Positions 6,722-17,503 of a stretch of 64,000 nt of DNA are shown piece after piece. The notes beneath the pieces are model-generated. The model had not been told where the DNA came from and did no database searches. It saw only the letters and a program-made list of their open reading frames with translations. A program made the position numbers and the translations under genes. Source of the DNA: Escherichia phage JLBYU32; sequence record OK272490.1. One strand, 5' to 3'. Positions within the stretch are counted from its first letter, which is position 1, and each line of letters begins with the position of its first letter.

Positions 6722-6922
6722 ATGAGCGAGACCGTTTATAAAGAACTTTATGAAGCTAACAAGAAGCTAGAATTTATGCAGAATACTATCATGGCAATTG
6801 CAGACAGATTATCTGTAGCAACAGGCATTGATATTAAAGAAGCATCTATGGATGCACTTCTTGATGCTGTTGATGCAAAGTTCGAAGTTAAGAAAGAAGA
6901 GACTGCTACAGACTCTGAATAA
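6722..6922 (+). CDS. small acidic protein upstream of terminase (function unknown; small terminase subunit not supported)
   Basis: 66 aa ORF with ggag SD; position immediately before large terminase. Confidence 0.4.
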   Translation: MSETVYKELYEANKKLEFMQNTIMAIADRLSVATGIDIKEASMDALLDAVDAKFEVKKEETATDSE

Positions 6923-6943
6923 TTCTATTTGCGGAGGTGCTTA

Positions 6944-8545
6944 ATGGACTTAAATGCTGTTAAGCAGAAGCGAGTGGAAGATGTTAGGAAAGTCCTAGCT
7001 GGAGAGTTGGGGCTTTCTGATGAAGTAAAAGAAATTATCAAATCATTCGGTAAAGACCCCTCTAAATTCCTTCCAACTCAAATTCTGACTTTATTAAGAT
7101 ACACACCAGACCAAGTTAGACTTATCTTCAAATTGATGACTGATAAGAACTATGTAGCCCCTCAGCCGGGTTCTCAAGAGGTCTTTTTAAATACTAATGC
7201 TGACTTGGTTCTCTATGGTGGTGCTGCGGGTGCTGGTAAAACTGCTGCATTGTTAATGGACTCTTTAAGGTTTATTGAAGACCCTAACTATAATGCTGTA
7301 TATTTCCGTCGAAATACAACACAGTTACAAGGTGGTTTATGGCCTGCTGCAAAGAAACTATTTGGTAAGTTTGGTGGGGTTCCTCACGAGCAGAAGATGA
7401 CTATCACATTCCCTTCTGGGGCAACTATCAAGTTTACCTATCTAGAACTTGAAAAGCACGCTGAAGGTCATCAGGGTATTGAATACTCAGCTATTTACTT
7501 TGACGAAGGTACACACTTCTCTGCTTCACAGATTTCATACCTACAGACTCGTCTACGTTCTGGGGCTGAAGGTGATTCATACATGAAGATTTCTATGAAC
7601 CCAGACAGAGACCACTTTATTTACGATTGGGTAGAACCATTCTTAGATGAAGAAGGCTACCCAGACCCTGAAAAGTGTGGTCGTATTCGTTGGTATGTAA
7701 TGAATGATGGTGTTATGGTTTCTGATTGGGAGAGAGACAAGATTCTTGAAATGTTTCCTCTTGAGATTCCTCAAACATATACATTCATCTCTGGTACGAT
7801 TGATGATAACCCAATCCTTGACTTCTTAGAGCCTAAGTACCGTGGTAAGTTGGAAAACAACACCCCTGTAAACGTTGCAAGACTTCGTTTCGGTAACTGG
7901 AAGGCTCGTGCAGAAGGTTCAAACTATTGGCAAAGACAATGGTGTGAGATTGTTGATTCACTCCCAGAAGATGTATTCGATGTTAGAGCATGGGACTTAG
8001 CAGCAACTTTACCATCTGAGATTAACCCTAATCCAGACTGGACAGCAGGTGTTAAGATGGGTAAATCTAAAAAAGACGGTTGCTATTATATCATTGATGT
8101 AGTAAGATTTAGAGATAGACCCTCTGGAGTCGAAACACAAATTAATTTGACTGCTGAAAGTGACGGTAAGCGAACTGGTATTTTTATCCCTCAAGACCCA
8201 GGCGCTGCTGGTAAATCCTACGCAACATCCCTCATCAGGAAACTTGCCGAGAAAGGTTATCGAGCAAGAGCTAAACCAACAAATAAAGATAAAGTTACCC
8301 GCTTTGCGGGATTTTCTGCTGCTTCTGAAGCTGGACTTGTAAAAGTCTTGAGAGGTAGTTGGAATGAAGCTTACTTTCAAGAGCTTGAAGGCTTTTGTGG
8401 TGATGGCAAAACTAAAGATGACCAAGTGGATGCTACCAGTGATGCTTTCAACAGTCTTAACGAAGTTAAATTATTCAAGCCACCATCAATGGGTGCTCAC
8501 ACAGATTTAGTGAGAGGAAACCCGTATGAGGGGCTTAGACGTTGA
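6944..8545 (+). CDS. terL: terminase large subunit
   Basis: Walker A-like LYGGAAGAGKTAA near N-terminus, Walker B-like IYFDEGTHF, nuclease-like C-terminal half; start moved to ATG 6944 with ggaggtg SD. Confidence 0.8.
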   Translation: MDLNAVKQKRVEDVRKVLAGELGLSDEVKEIIKSFGKDPSKFLPTQILTLLRYTPDQVRLIFKLMTDKNYVAPQPGSQEVFLNTNADLVLYGGAAGAGKTAALLMDSLRFIEDPNYNAVYFRRNTTQLQGGLWPAAKKLFGKFGGVPHEQKMTITFPSGATIKFTYLELEKHAEGHQGIEYSAIYFDEGTHFSASQISYLQTRLRSGAEGDSYMKISMNPDRDHFIYDWVEPFLDEEGYPDPEKCGRIRWYVMNDGVMVSDWERDKILEMFPLEIPQTYTFISGTIDDNPILDFLEPKYRGKLENNTPVNVARLRFGNWKARAEGSNYWQRQWCEIVDSLPEDVFDVRAWDLAATLPSEINPNPDWTAGVKMGKSKKDGCYYIIDVVRFRDRPSGVETQINLTAESDGKRTGIFIPQDPGAAGKSYATSLIRKLAEKGYRARAKPTNKDKVTRFAGFSAASEAGLVKVLRGSWNEAYFQELEGFCGDGKTKDDQVDATSDAFNSLNEVKLFKPPSMGAHTDLVRGNPYEGLRR

Positions 8546-8561
8546 TAGCTAGGTGAGAAGA

Positions 8562-10028
8562 ATGGCAGATATTACAGAAACACAAGAAAGCTTACCACCA
8601 TTTAGAATGGGTGAAGTAGGTTCTTTGGGTCTGAAGGTTAAGAATGGAAGAATCTATGAAGAACCTCGTCAGGCACTAAGGTTCCCTGAAAGTATTAAAA
8701 CTTTCCAATTAATGATGCGTGACCCTGCTGTAGCAGCATCTGTAAATATTATTAAGATGTTTGTCAGAAAAGTCAACTGGAGATTCGTACCTCCAAAGGG
8801 AAAAGAGCAAGACCCTAAAATGCTTGAAAGAGCAGACTTCTTTAATTCTTTAATGGATGACATGGAGCATGATTGGGCAGATTTTATTAATTCTGTAATG
8901 TCATTCTGCACTTATGGGTTCTGTGTTAACGAAAAGGTTTATAAGAAGCGACAGGGTAAAAAAGGAAAGTACCAGTCAAAATTTGATGATGGTCTAATTG
9001 GATGGGCTAAATTACCAATCAGAAACCAATCAACACTTGATAAGTGGTATTTTGACGAAGACTTTAGAAAAGTTACTGGTGTCAGACAGAATCTGAGAAA
9101 TGTTTCACATATTGCTGGAGCAATTAATCTTGGAGAAAGACCGCTAACAAGAAAACTTCCACGAGCTAAATTCATGCTGTTTAAGTATGATGATGAATAT
9201 GGAAACCCAGAAGGTCGTTCACCATTACTTAATGCCTATGTACCGTGGAAATATAAAGTTCAGATTGAAGAGTACGAAGCTGTTGGTGTTTCAAGAGACT
9301 TGGTTGGTATGCCAAAGATTGGTTTACCACCAGATTATCTGGATGAAAATGCAGAACCTGAAAAGAAAGCTTTCGTACAATACTGCAAAACTGTTGTTAA
9401 CGATATGATTGCTAATGACAGAGCAGGTTTAATCTGGCCTAGATATATCGACCCAGATACTAAAGAGGATATTTTCGAGTTCTCATTAGTTTCTAGACAG
9501 GGTGCTAAAGCATACGATACAGGTTCTATTATTGACAGATATTCCAAGCAGATTATGATGGCATTTATGTCAGATGTTCTTGCTATGGGTCAGTCAAAAT
9601 ATGGTTCATTCTCTCTTGCAGATTCTAAGACAAGCTTACTAGCGATGTCAGTAGATATTCTGCTGAAGCAAATTAAGAACGTAATTAACCGTGATTTAGT
9701 TGCACAGACTTATGCTCTTAATATGTGGGACGATGAAGAACATGTACAAATCACTTATGATGATATCGAAACTCCAGACCTTGAAGCAATTGGTTCTTAT
9801 ATCCAGAAGACTGTTGCAGTAGGTGCTTTGGAAGTTGACAAAGAGCTATCTAACAAACTTAGAGAGCATATTGGTCTTCCTCCTGCTGATGAGTCTCAGC
9901 CAGTATCTGAAAAGCTTTCTCCAAATAGCCAAAGCCGCTCAGGAGATGGTTATAAGACCGCTGGGGAAGGTACTGCAAAGACACCTTCAGCGAAAGACCC
10001 AAGCACAGCAAATAAGGCAAATAAATAA
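8562..10028 (+). CDS. portal protein (by position and size)
   Basis: About 490 aa ORF directly after large terminase; ATG 8562 with ggtgag SD. Confidence 0.55.
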   Translation: MADITETQESLPPFRMGEVGSLGLKVKNGRIYEEPRQALRFPESIKTFQLMMRDPAVAASVNIIKMFVRKVNWRFVPPKGKEQDPKMLERADFFNSLMDDMEHDWADFINSVMSFCTYGFCVNEKVYKKRQGKKGKYQSKFDDGLIGWAKLPIRNQSTLDKWYFDEDFRKVTGVRQNLRNVSHIAGAINLGERPLTRKLPRAKFMLFKYDDEYGNPEGRSPLLNAYVPWKYKVQIEEYEAVGVSRDLVGMPKIGLPPDYLDENAEPEKKAFVQYCKTVVNDMIANDRAGLIWPRYIDPDTKEDIFEFSLVSRQGAKAYDTGSIIDRYSKQIMMAFMSDVLAMGQSKYGSFSLADSKTSLLAMSVDILLKQIKNVINRDLVAQTYALNMWDDEEHVQITYDDIETPDLEAIGSYIQKTVAVGALEVDKELSNKLREHIGLPPADESQPVSEKLSPNSQSRSGDGYKTAGEGTAKTPSAKDPSTANKANK

Positions 10029-10528
10029 TGGCTGAAGTTATCTCTATTTCAAATGCTACACGAGTGCATTCGTATAGGGGTGTCCTTATCATCACTGACA
10101 AGTTATCTGTAGAGGCTGGCTCAAGGGTCAGCCTTTCAGGTTATGTTAGTGATGGTGGAATCTCTGACGTTTTCACTATTTGCAGGTTACTTGATGCACC
10201 AATGAGTGGAAAACCGTTTATTTCAGGAAATTGTAGTGAAATTGTTAAAATTCCATTTGACAGTTCATGCCTTTTGGGTGTAAAGTTATATAACTGCGAG
10301 AATAAACGTATCAATGTTAATAGCATTGAAGCCGCTTTCATTACCCTCGATACTGCATTTCAATCTCCAATGACAGTTAATAAAGAAACAAACAGACTTG
10401 AATACATTTTTTCACAAAATGATTACAAAGTACTTGTCAAAGGTAAAGTATATGATATGATTGTAAATGTGGTAGATGAATCTGGTAACCATTCAACAGT
10501 CCTTAAACAAAAAGTAAGGTTTAATTAA
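10028..10528 (+). CDS. hypothetical head-module protein
   Basis: 166 aa ORF, start overlaps portal stop. Confidence 0.4.
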   Translation: MAEVISISNATRVHSYRGVLIITDKLSVEAGSRVSLSGYVSDGGISDVFTICRLLDAPMSGKPFISGNCSEIVKIPFDSSCLLGVKLYNCENKRINVNSIEAAFITLDTAFQSPMTVNKETNRLEYIFSQNDYKVLVKGKVYDMIVNVVDESGNHSTVLKQKVRFN

Positions 10529-10860
10529 TGGGAACATTAACTATTGATGGTAAGAATAAAATCCTCGCCACGCTAACCCCAACGACTATTATTTTACACA
10601 ATGTAGACCCAACGGCAGACCCTACAGCAAATAAGGTTACTCAGCCAGTGGCTATTTATTTTTCTGAACCGGATAATGGCTTAATTGCCTCAGAAGACAC
10701 AGTTAATATTACTGTTCCAGCTTCTGCAACGGTCTCACACTATAGCTTGTGGGATGCTAACGATAAATGCGTGGCAACTGGTGCTCTTAGCAAACCTCAA
10801 TTCTTTGCTGAAGAAGGTATTTATGTTGTCTCTTCAGTCTCTGTAGATTTAAACAAATAG
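10528..10860 (+). CDS. hypothetical head-module protein
   Basis: 110 aa ORF, translationally coupled. Confidence 0.4.
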   Translation: MGTLTIDGKNKILATLTPTTIILHNVDPTADPTANKVTQPVAIYFSEPDNGLIASEDTVNITVPASATVSHYSLWDANDKCVATGALSKPQFFAEEGIYVVSSVSVDLNK

Positions 10861-10871
10861 GGTGAGTAAAA

Positions 10872-12218
10872 ATGAGTTCGAATATCTTCAGACTTGCTGA
10901 TAGATTATTCAACCAACCTTTACTAGCCACTGAATCATTAGCTCACTCAGCAGCAACTTATGTGAATAACAGATTGCTGGGTGATGTCCAAGCAGCAGTA
11001 AACTTTGATAAACCCAAAGGTGACGCAAGAAGTCTTTTAAAAGTAAAAGATGACATTGCTATTATCCCTATTATGGGTGGTTTAACTCATCGTATGACGT
11101 TCATTGATGCAATGTGTACAGGTGGATTAAGCTCTTATGAGGGTTTACGTAGAGGCTTTGACGAAGCTTTAGCAGATGAGTCAATCAAGACTATTGTTCT
11201 GCATATTGATTCTGGTGGTGGTGAAGCTTCAGGTTGCTTTGAATTAGCACGTCACATTATGGCTTCAAGAGGCCAAAAGAAAATTATTGCTTATGTAGAT
11301 GAGTTCGCTTGTTCCGCTGCATACGCTCTTGCATCTTCTGCTGAAGAAATTATTGCATCACCAGATGCAGATGTTGGTTCTATTGGTGTAATTATGGTTC
11401 ATCAGGAATTAACTAAGGCATTTGAAAAGAATGGCGTAACAATTAACGTCATCAAAGCTGGTGAGTTTAAAGGTATGGGTTCACCATTCCAAGCACTCTC
11501 GGAAGAAAGCAAAGAAAGACTTCAAAAGAGAATTAATGATACCTACGCAACCTTTACAGGTTTTGTAGCTGAATCTCGTAATCTCTCTGAAGAAGCTGTA
11601 AAGAATACTGAGGCGAATGTTTATTCTGCTCAGGAAGCTCTTGAACTTGGTTTAATTAACTCAATCATGTCTCAAGATGATTTCTTAAATTACTTACAAG
11701 GTTCTGAAGAGGCTCCTGTAAGTTTAAACGTTAACAATTCAGGTGAAGAAATGACTGAACAAGAAAAGCAAGAACTAGAAGCTTTGCGTCTTCAGGTTGC
11801 TCAAATGAAAGCCAAAGAACAGGAAGCTGCTTTGTCAGATTTGACTAATAAGATTTCTGCTTCTGCTGAAGCTTTTGGATTTGATGCAAAAGAAGCTGCA
11901 ACGACTATTTTAGGTGCTGGTCTTGATAACCCTCTGAGTGTTCTGTTTATGAATGCTATGGAAGGTGCTAACCAGAAACTTAATGAAACTATCGCGTCCC
12001 ATGCTTCTGCAATGGAAGAAAAAGAATCAGAAATTACCAAGTTGAAAGAAACTGCTGGTGCTGTTCTTGAACATTCCAACGCTATGGAAGAAATGGGTAA
12101 TGACGGCGAAGCTGATTTGGTTGAAGAAGAAAAAGAACCAGCTAAGAATGCTTCCGAAGACACCGCTGAACAACGCAAACTGGCTCTCCAGAATGCTCTA
12201 AAATCTCTTATCAAATAA
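10872..12218 (+). CDS. prohead protease (S49/SppA-ClpP family) fused to scaffold-like coiled-coil region
   Basis: S49-like core (DSGGGEASG, CSAAYALASSAEEI) then Glu/Ala-rich C-terminus. Confidence 0.7.
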   Translation: MSSNIFRLADRLFNQPLLATESLAHSAATYVNNRLLGDVQAAVNFDKPKGDARSLLKVKDDIAIIPIMGGLTHRMTFIDAMCTGGLSSYEGLRRGFDEALADESIKTIVLHIDSGGGEASGCFELARHIMASRGQKKIIAYVDEFACSAAYALASSAEEIIASPDADVGSIGVIMVHQELTKAFEKNGVTINVIKAGEFKGMGSPFQALSEESKERLQKRINDTYATFTGFVAESRNLSEEAVKNTEANVYSAQEALELGLINSIMSQDDFLNYLQGSEEAPVSLNVNNSGEEMTEQEKQELEALRLQVAQMKAKEQEAALSDLTNKISASAEAFGFDAKEAATTILGAGLDNPLSVLFMNAMEGANQKLNETIASHASAMEEKESEITKLKETAGAVLEHSNAMEEMGNDGEADLVEEEKEPAKNASEDTAEQRKLALQNALKSLIK

Positions 12219-12229
12219 GGAACACAATA

Positions 12230-12607
12230 ATGGCATATCAAGGTTTTACTAAGTTAGGTAACAGAGAACCTCTGAATGATATCATTCTTTGGGAACAGAT
12301 TACCCCAACAGGCCACTCTCGTAAAGAGTACACTCCACAGGCATCTACAGAGTATCGTGTAGGTGAAGTTCTGAAAGCAGATGGTACTAAAGTTGCAGCA
12401 GGGGAAGAATCTCAGGCTGATTCTGTATGTATCGTTAACTTTTACGCAGACCTACAACTGTCTTACCACGGTCAGTTGAAAGTTGTTGGTATTTACCGTG
12501 ACGCAGAACTAAAAGACCTGCTTACTCTTGAATCAGGTGTTGATGCTGATGCAGTCAAGACAGCTCTGGCTGCTAAAGGTATTGATTTCGTACCAACTGG
12601 CCTGTAA
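12230..12607 (+). CDS. head decoration-like protein
   Basis: 125 aa ORF between protease/scaffold and major capsid gene; strongly biased codon usage. Confidence 0.4.
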   Translation: MAYQGFTKLGNREPLNDIILWEQITPTGHSRKEYTPQASTEYRVGEVLKADGTKVAAGEESQADSVCIVNFYADLQLSYHGQLKVVGIYRDAELKDLLTLESGVDADAVKTALAAKGIDFVPTGL

Positions 12608-12640
12608 TAACAATAATAAGACATTCTGGAGAATTTTACA

Positions 12641-13753
12641 ATGTTGACTAATTCTGAAAAAAGCAGATTTTTCCTTGCTGACCTGACTGGTGAAGTCCAG
12701 TCTATCCCAAATACTTATGGGTATATTTCCAACTTAGGTCTGTTCCGTTCAGCACCAATCACCCAAACTACTTTCCTTATGGACTTGACTGATTGGGATG
12801 TTAGCTTGCTTGATGCGGTAGACCGTGATAGCCGTAAAGCAGAGACTAGCGCACCTGAGCGTGTTCGTCAAATCAGCTTCCCAATGATGTACTTCAAAGA
12901 AGTTGAAAGCATTACTCCTGATGAGATTCAGGGTGTACGTCAGCCAGGCACTGCAAACGAACTGACCACTGAAGCTGTGGTACGTGCTAAGAAGCTGATG
13001 AAGATTCGTACCAAGTTCGATATTACTCGTGAGTTCTTGTTTATGCAAGCTCTGAAGGGTAAAGTTGTTGATGCTCGTGGTACTCTGTACGCTGACCTGT
13101 ACAAGCAGTTCGACGTTGAGAAGAAGACTATTCACTTCGACCTTGACAATCCTAATGCTGACATTGACGCTGCTATTGAAGAACTGCGTATGCACATGGA
13201 AGACGAAGCTAAGACTGGCACTGTAATCAACGGTGAAGAAATTCACGTAGTCGTTGACCGTGTATTCTTCAGCAAACTGGTTAAGCATCCTAAGATTCGT
13301 GACGCTTATCTTGCACAGCAGACTCCACTGGCTTGGCAGCAGATTACTGGTTCTCTGAGAACTGGTGGTACTGACGGCGTTCAGGCTCATATGAACACCT
13401 TCTACTACGGTGGTGTTAAATTTGTCCAGTACAACGGTAAGTTCAAAGACAAGCGCGGTAAGGTTCACACTCTGGTTAGCATTGATGGTGTTACTCAGGA
13501 TGGAACTGTAGGTGTAGGCCACGCTTTCCCTAACGTTTCTATGCTGGGTGAAGCAAACAACATCTTCGAAGTGGCATATGGTCCATGTCCTAAGATGGGT
13601 TACGCAAATACTCTGGGTCAGGAACTGTACGTATTCGAATACGAAAAAGACCGTGACGAAGGTATTGACTTCGAAGCTCACTCTTACATGCTGCCATACT
13701 GCACTCGTCCTCAGTTGCTGGTAGATGTCCGTTCTGATGCTAAAGGCGAATAA
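12641..13753 (+). CDS. major capsid protein
   Basis: 370 aa ORF after protease/scaffold/decoration genes; highly biased codon usage; strong SD. Confidence 0.65.
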   Translation: MLTNSEKSRFFLADLTGEVQSIPNTYGYISNLGLFRSAPITQTTFLMDLTDWDVSLLDAVDRDSRKAETSAPERVRQISFPMMYFKEVESITPDEIQGVRQPGTANELTTEAVVRAKKLMKIRTKFDITREFLFMQALKGKVVDARGTLYADLYKQFDVEKKTIHFDLDNPNADIDAAIEELRMHMEDEAKTGTVINGEEIHVVVDRVFFSKLVKHPKIRDAYLAQQTPLAWQQITGSLRTGGTDGVQAHMNTFYYGGVKFVQYNGKFKDKRGKVHTLVSIDGVTQDGTVGVGHAFPNVSMLGEANNIFEVAYGPCPKMGYANTLGQELYVFEYEKDRDEGIDFEAHSYMLPYCTRPQLLVDVRSDAKGE

Positions 13754-13774
13754 TATTCTTAAGGAGGGTTATTA

Positions 13775-14224
13775 ATGTGTTATACAGGCGACCCAGCCAA
13801 TAACCCTCTTGATAGAGTAAGAATCCTCTGCACAGACACCAATAATGATGAAATTCTTATTGAGCAGTCTGTGCTAGAGTGGTTCTATCTAGAATCTGGA
13901 AAGGATGAAAAGAAAGCAGCCATCAAAGCTCTTAAATATTTACTCTTTCAAGTAGCCAAGATGGGAGATGAGAAGGTTGGTGGTGTTTATTTACGTAACT
14001 CTTCCAGATTCAAATCTCTGAAAGCTGTTTATGATGACCTTGTTAAAAGCTCTGTTTCAGGACTACCCTATGCAGGTGGTATCAATCAGTGTGATATTGA
14101 CATGCGTCGTCAGAATCCTTGCTCTGTCAAGAAATACACAGAATATGGTGATGCTGCCAGATACGAAGGCAGAGATTACTGCAACCGTGTCAATGGCGTA
14201 TTTATTATCGAGCGAGATGAATAA
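13775..14224 (+). CDS. head-tail connector/completion protein (hypothetical)
   Basis: 149 aa ORF with aaggaggg SD. Confidence 0.4.
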   Translation: MCYTGDPANNPLDRVRILCTDTNNDEILIEQSVLEWFYLESGKDEKKAAIKALKYLLFQVAKMGDEKVGGVYLRNSSRFKSLKAVYDDLVKSSVSGLPYAGGINQCDIDMRRQNPCSVKKYTEYGDAARYEGRDYCNRVNGVFIIERDE

Positions 14225-14706
14225 TGGTTAAAAGGGTTATTCACCCCGCTAGAGCAAAATTAGTCGGGGCTATGAAGAACTTGCAAACGGCTAATGCTCA
14301 AGTTGGGTATTTTCAAGAACAAGGTCAACATAGCTCTGGTTTTTCTTATCCTGCTTTAATGTATTTGCAAGAAGTTATTGGGGTTCCTTCAGCTTCTGGT
14401 AAAGTATATCGTAGGTTGTTTGAAATCACTATGATGCTAAACAAACAGACCTTGTTAGAGCAGACTAAGAAGAATCTATATAAGCAACTTAGCAGTCTCA
14501 ACACAGACCCTTCAAATACCTTAGAAGCATTTGCAAAGAATGCTCAAAAGGCAATTAAAAGGGGTTTTGGTAATTCTGCTATCCTCCCTCCTAACGCACC
14601 TTCCACAGTCAAGAAAAAAGGCTTTAACGCACCTCTTGTTGAGACAGGTGACTTAAGAGATAACCTTGCTTATAAAATTTCTACTAAGAAGGGTATTAAA
14701 AAATGA
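14224..14706 (+). CDS. head-tail joining protein (hypothetical)
   Basis: 160 aa ORF, coupled start. Confidence 0.4.
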   Translation: MVKRVIHPARAKLVGAMKNLQTANAQVGYFQEQGQHSSGFSYPALMYLQEVIGVPSASGKVYRRLFEITMMLNKQTLLEQTKKNLYKQLSSLNTDPSNTLEAFAKNAQKAIKRGFGNSAILPPNAPSTVKKKGFNAPLVETGDLRDNLAYKISTKKGIKK

Positions 14707-15104
14707 GACTCTTAAACAGACACAGCTTTGTAGTAAAGCGCAAAGTCTCTGAAGACGGTTATTATAATGATGATGGTGATTGGGTAGCTTCACAAGATAT
14801 TGTTGAGGTTAACTGCAAAGGTAATATCCAGCCATACATCAAAGGTTCTGTAAAGAATGGTACACAGATTGCTTTACCGGAAGGTATTAGACTCACCGAT
14901 ACAAGAATCCTGTATACTACATATAAACTTAGAACTTCAGATGATGTAGAGTGGAATGAGTCTGATATTGTTATGATTGATGGTCATGAGTATGAAGTAT
15001 TTATGACTATGGATTGGTCACAACAATTAGCCCATACGTCCCATTATGAATATATCATTATTAGAAGGGATAAAATGAATGCAGTTAGAAACAGCAGAAC
15101 TTGA
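14703..15104 (+). CDS. head-tail joining protein (hypothetical)
   Basis: 133 aa ORF, overlapping start/stop. Confidence 0.4.
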   Translation: MRLLNRHSFVVKRKVSEDGYYNDDGDWVASQDIVEVNCKGNIQPYIKGSVKNGTQIALPEGIRLTDTRILYTTYKLRTSDDVEWNESDIVMIDGHEYEVFMTMDWSQQLAHTSHYEYIIIRRDKMNAVRNSRT

Positions 15105-15678
15105 AAAAGGTCTAGTTAGAACCTTAGTGGATGTTATTGGTCACAGACTAGCTCGTGATAAAAATAATAGACCAAACGTAATTAGAGCTTACCCTTCTGA
15201 TAACTCAAATGACAAAGGTTTAAAACCTGACCAACCATTTATCACCGTATATTGTCAAGATGCTGCAACACCTTATGGTTGGGTTCTTGATAAGTTTGTT
15301 GAGGATGATGTAGTTTGTTACAGAATTGCTTTTCAGATTCCAGTATTAATTACGGTGAATGGTAAAGGTGCTCACAGTATTATGCTTGAGCTTAAACAAC
15401 GATTAGAGATGAGTTCAGTCAGAGATTTAATCCTTGAAGAAACAGGAGCTACAGTACTAGACACTGGAGCTATCCCGAATGACTATACTTATCTCAATAC
15501 AGATTTCGAAAATTCTGCACCTCTTGTTGTAACTCTTGTAAAAAACTCAGTCCTGAAAGATGAACGTGGAAGTATTATTGAGCGTGTCATTGTTGATGGT
15601 GAGTTAGTTTATGAAGAAGGACAAGAGCCACCAGAATATACTATCCATCTAGATGTAGACTCCAAAGGGGTAAAATAA
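15079..15678 (+). CDS. tail completion/neck protein (hypothetical)
   Basis: 199 aa ORF with agaaggga SD. Confidence 0.4.
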   Translation: MQLETAELEKGLVRTLVDVIGHRLARDKNNRPNVIRAYPSDNSNDKGLKPDQPFITVYCQDAATPYGWVLDKFVEDDVVCYRIAFQIPVLITVNGKGAHSIMLELKQRLEMSSVRDLILEETGATVLDTGAIPNDYTYLNTDFENSAPLVVTLVKNSVLKDERGSIIERVIVDGELVYEEGQEPPEYTIHLDVDSKGVK

Positions 15679-17031
15679 ATGTGGAATCCAATTGTTAATG
15701 TAGATATTACATTGAACACCGCAGGAACTACAAGAGAAGGTTTTGGTTTGCCACTATTCTTAGCTTCAACAGATAACTTTGAAGAAAGAGTACGTGGTTA
15801 CACTTCCTTAACTGAAGTTGCTGAAGATTTCGATGAGAATACTGCTGCATATAAGGCTGCTAAACAACTTTGGAGTCAGACTCCTAAAGTGACTCAGCTT
15901 TATATTGGTAGACGTGCTATGCAGTACACTGTATCAATTCCTAATGCCGTTACTGAAAGTACAGACTACTCAATCACTGTAGCTGCTGGCGGTGGAATTT
16001 CTCAACCATATCAGTATACAGCGCAAGCTGAAGACACTGCTGAAAACGTGTTGCAACAGTTTAAAACACAGATTGAAGCTGACCCAACAATCAAAGATAA
16101 GGTTTCTGTGAACGTAACTGGTAGCAATGGCTCTGCCACAATGATTATTACCAAAGCTGGTGATAATGACTTTGTGAAAGTAACAACCACAGCACAGACT
16201 GTATATATTGCAAGTACAACTGCCGATACAGCATCAACTGCTCTAGCAGCCATTGAAGCTTACTCTACTGACTGGTATTTCATTGCAGCAGAAGACAGAA
16301 CTCAACAGTTTGTCTTAGCAATGGCTTCTGAGATTCAGGCTCGTAAGAAAATTTTCTTTACAGCTAACTCCGATGTAACAGCCCTACAAGGTACAGAATT
16401 AGCCAGTGCAAATGATGTTCCAGCACAGCTTGCTAAGAATATGTACACTCGTACAGTTTGCTTGTGGCATCACGCAGCATCAGAAGATTATCCAGAGATG
16501 GCATACATTGCTTATGGTGCTCCATATGATGCAGGTTCAATTGCTTGGGGTAATGCTCAGCTAACTGGTGTAGCCGCTTCTCTACAACCATCTAATCAGA
16601 GACCTCTGACAAGTATTCAGAAGTCTGCTTTAGATGTACGTCACTGTAACTTTATTGACCTTGATGGTGGTGTTCCAGTGGTTCGTAGAGGGATTACTTC
16701 TGGTGGGGAATGGATTGATATCGTCCGTGGTGTTGACTGGTTAGAATCAGACCTGAAAACTTCTCTGAGAGACTTGCTAATTAACCAGAAGGGTGGTAAG
16801 ATTACTTATGATGATACTGGTATTACCCGTATTCGTCAAGTCATTGAAACCTCTCTGCAAAGAGCAGTCAACAGAAACTTCCTGTCATCTTACACAGTTA
16901 ATGTTCCTAAAGCCTCTCAAGTTGCTTTAGCAGACAAGAAAGCTCGTATCCTGAAAGACGTTACCTTCGCAGGTATCTTAGCAGGGGCTATCTTGGATGT
17001 TGACTTGAAAGGTACAGTGGCTTACGAATAA
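15679..17031 (+). CDS. contractile tail sheath protein
   Basis: 450 aa ORF immediately followed by a 148 aa tube-sized ORF and a strong terminator. Confidence 0.55.
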   Translation: MWNPIVNVDITLNTAGTTREGFGLPLFLASTDNFEERVRGYTSLTEVAEDFDENTAAYKAAKQLWSQTPKVTQLYIGRRAMQYTVSIPNAVTESTDYSITVAAGGGISQPYQYTAQAEDTAENVLQQFKTQIEADPTIKDKVSVNVTGSNGSATMIITKAGDNDFVKVTTTAQTVYIASTTADTASTALAAIEAYSTDWYFIAAEDRTQQFVLAMASEIQARKKIFFTANSDVTALQGTELASANDVPAQLAKNMYTRTVCLWHHAASEDYPEMAYIAYGAPYDAGSIAWGNAQLTGVAASLQPSNQRPLTSIQKSALDVRHCNFIDLDGGVPVVRRGITSGGEWIDIVRGVDWLESDLKTSLRDLLINQKGGKITYDDTGITRIRQVIETSLQRAVNRNFLSSYTVNVPKASQVALADKKARILKDVTFAGILAGAILDVDLKGTVAYE

Positions 17032-17046
17032 TAGAGGTAAATTGGA

Positions 17047-17493
17047 ATGGCTATGTATCAGCAATATTCCCCTAAAGACGTTGTATGTAGCTGGAACGGC
17101 ATTGCTATTGAAGGCTTTGCTCCAGACTCATTCTTGCGTCTACAGAGAACATCACCACTTGTGACACCAGTTGTTGGTGCAGGTGGTCAGGTTGCTCTGA
17201 CAAGAAATGCAGACAAGACAGGTACTATTGAGATTGAGCTAATGCAGACTTCTCTCTCTAACCAGATGCTTTCTGCAATTCAAGCTAAACAAGACAATAT
17301 GGAACTTGAAGAAGATATCTCTTCTAACTTCGTAATCTACGACCCATCAGGCTCTGTTCTGGCAACTGGTATTAACGCTTGGTTGCAGGAGTTACCACAG
17401 ATTGAACTTGGTCGTGACCAGAACTCTAAAACTTGGATTTTTGGTTGTGAGAAGTTAGACTACACTTCTACAATTCCAGCGTCAAGTGTTTAA
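17047..17493 (+). CDS. tail tube protein
   Basis: 148 aa ORF after sheath, followed by hairpin plus T-tract. Confidence 0.55.
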   Translation: MAMYQQYSPKDVVCSWNGIAIEGFAPDSFLRLQRTSPLVTPVVGAGGQVALTRNADKTGTIEIELMQTSLSNQMLSAIQAKQDNMELEEDISSNFVIYDPSGSVLATGINAWLQELPQIELGRDQNSKTWIFGCEKLDYTSTIPASSV

Positions 17494-17503
17494 TAAATCC
17501 TAT

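Noticed and set aside
8009-8425. 138 aa minus-strand ORF inside the terminase gene (and similar antisense ORFs inside portal, capsid, tape measure, helicase, NrdA and NrdD genes)
   Set aside because: Fully embedded antisense to long, motif-supported coding regions and lacking start context; considered spurious.
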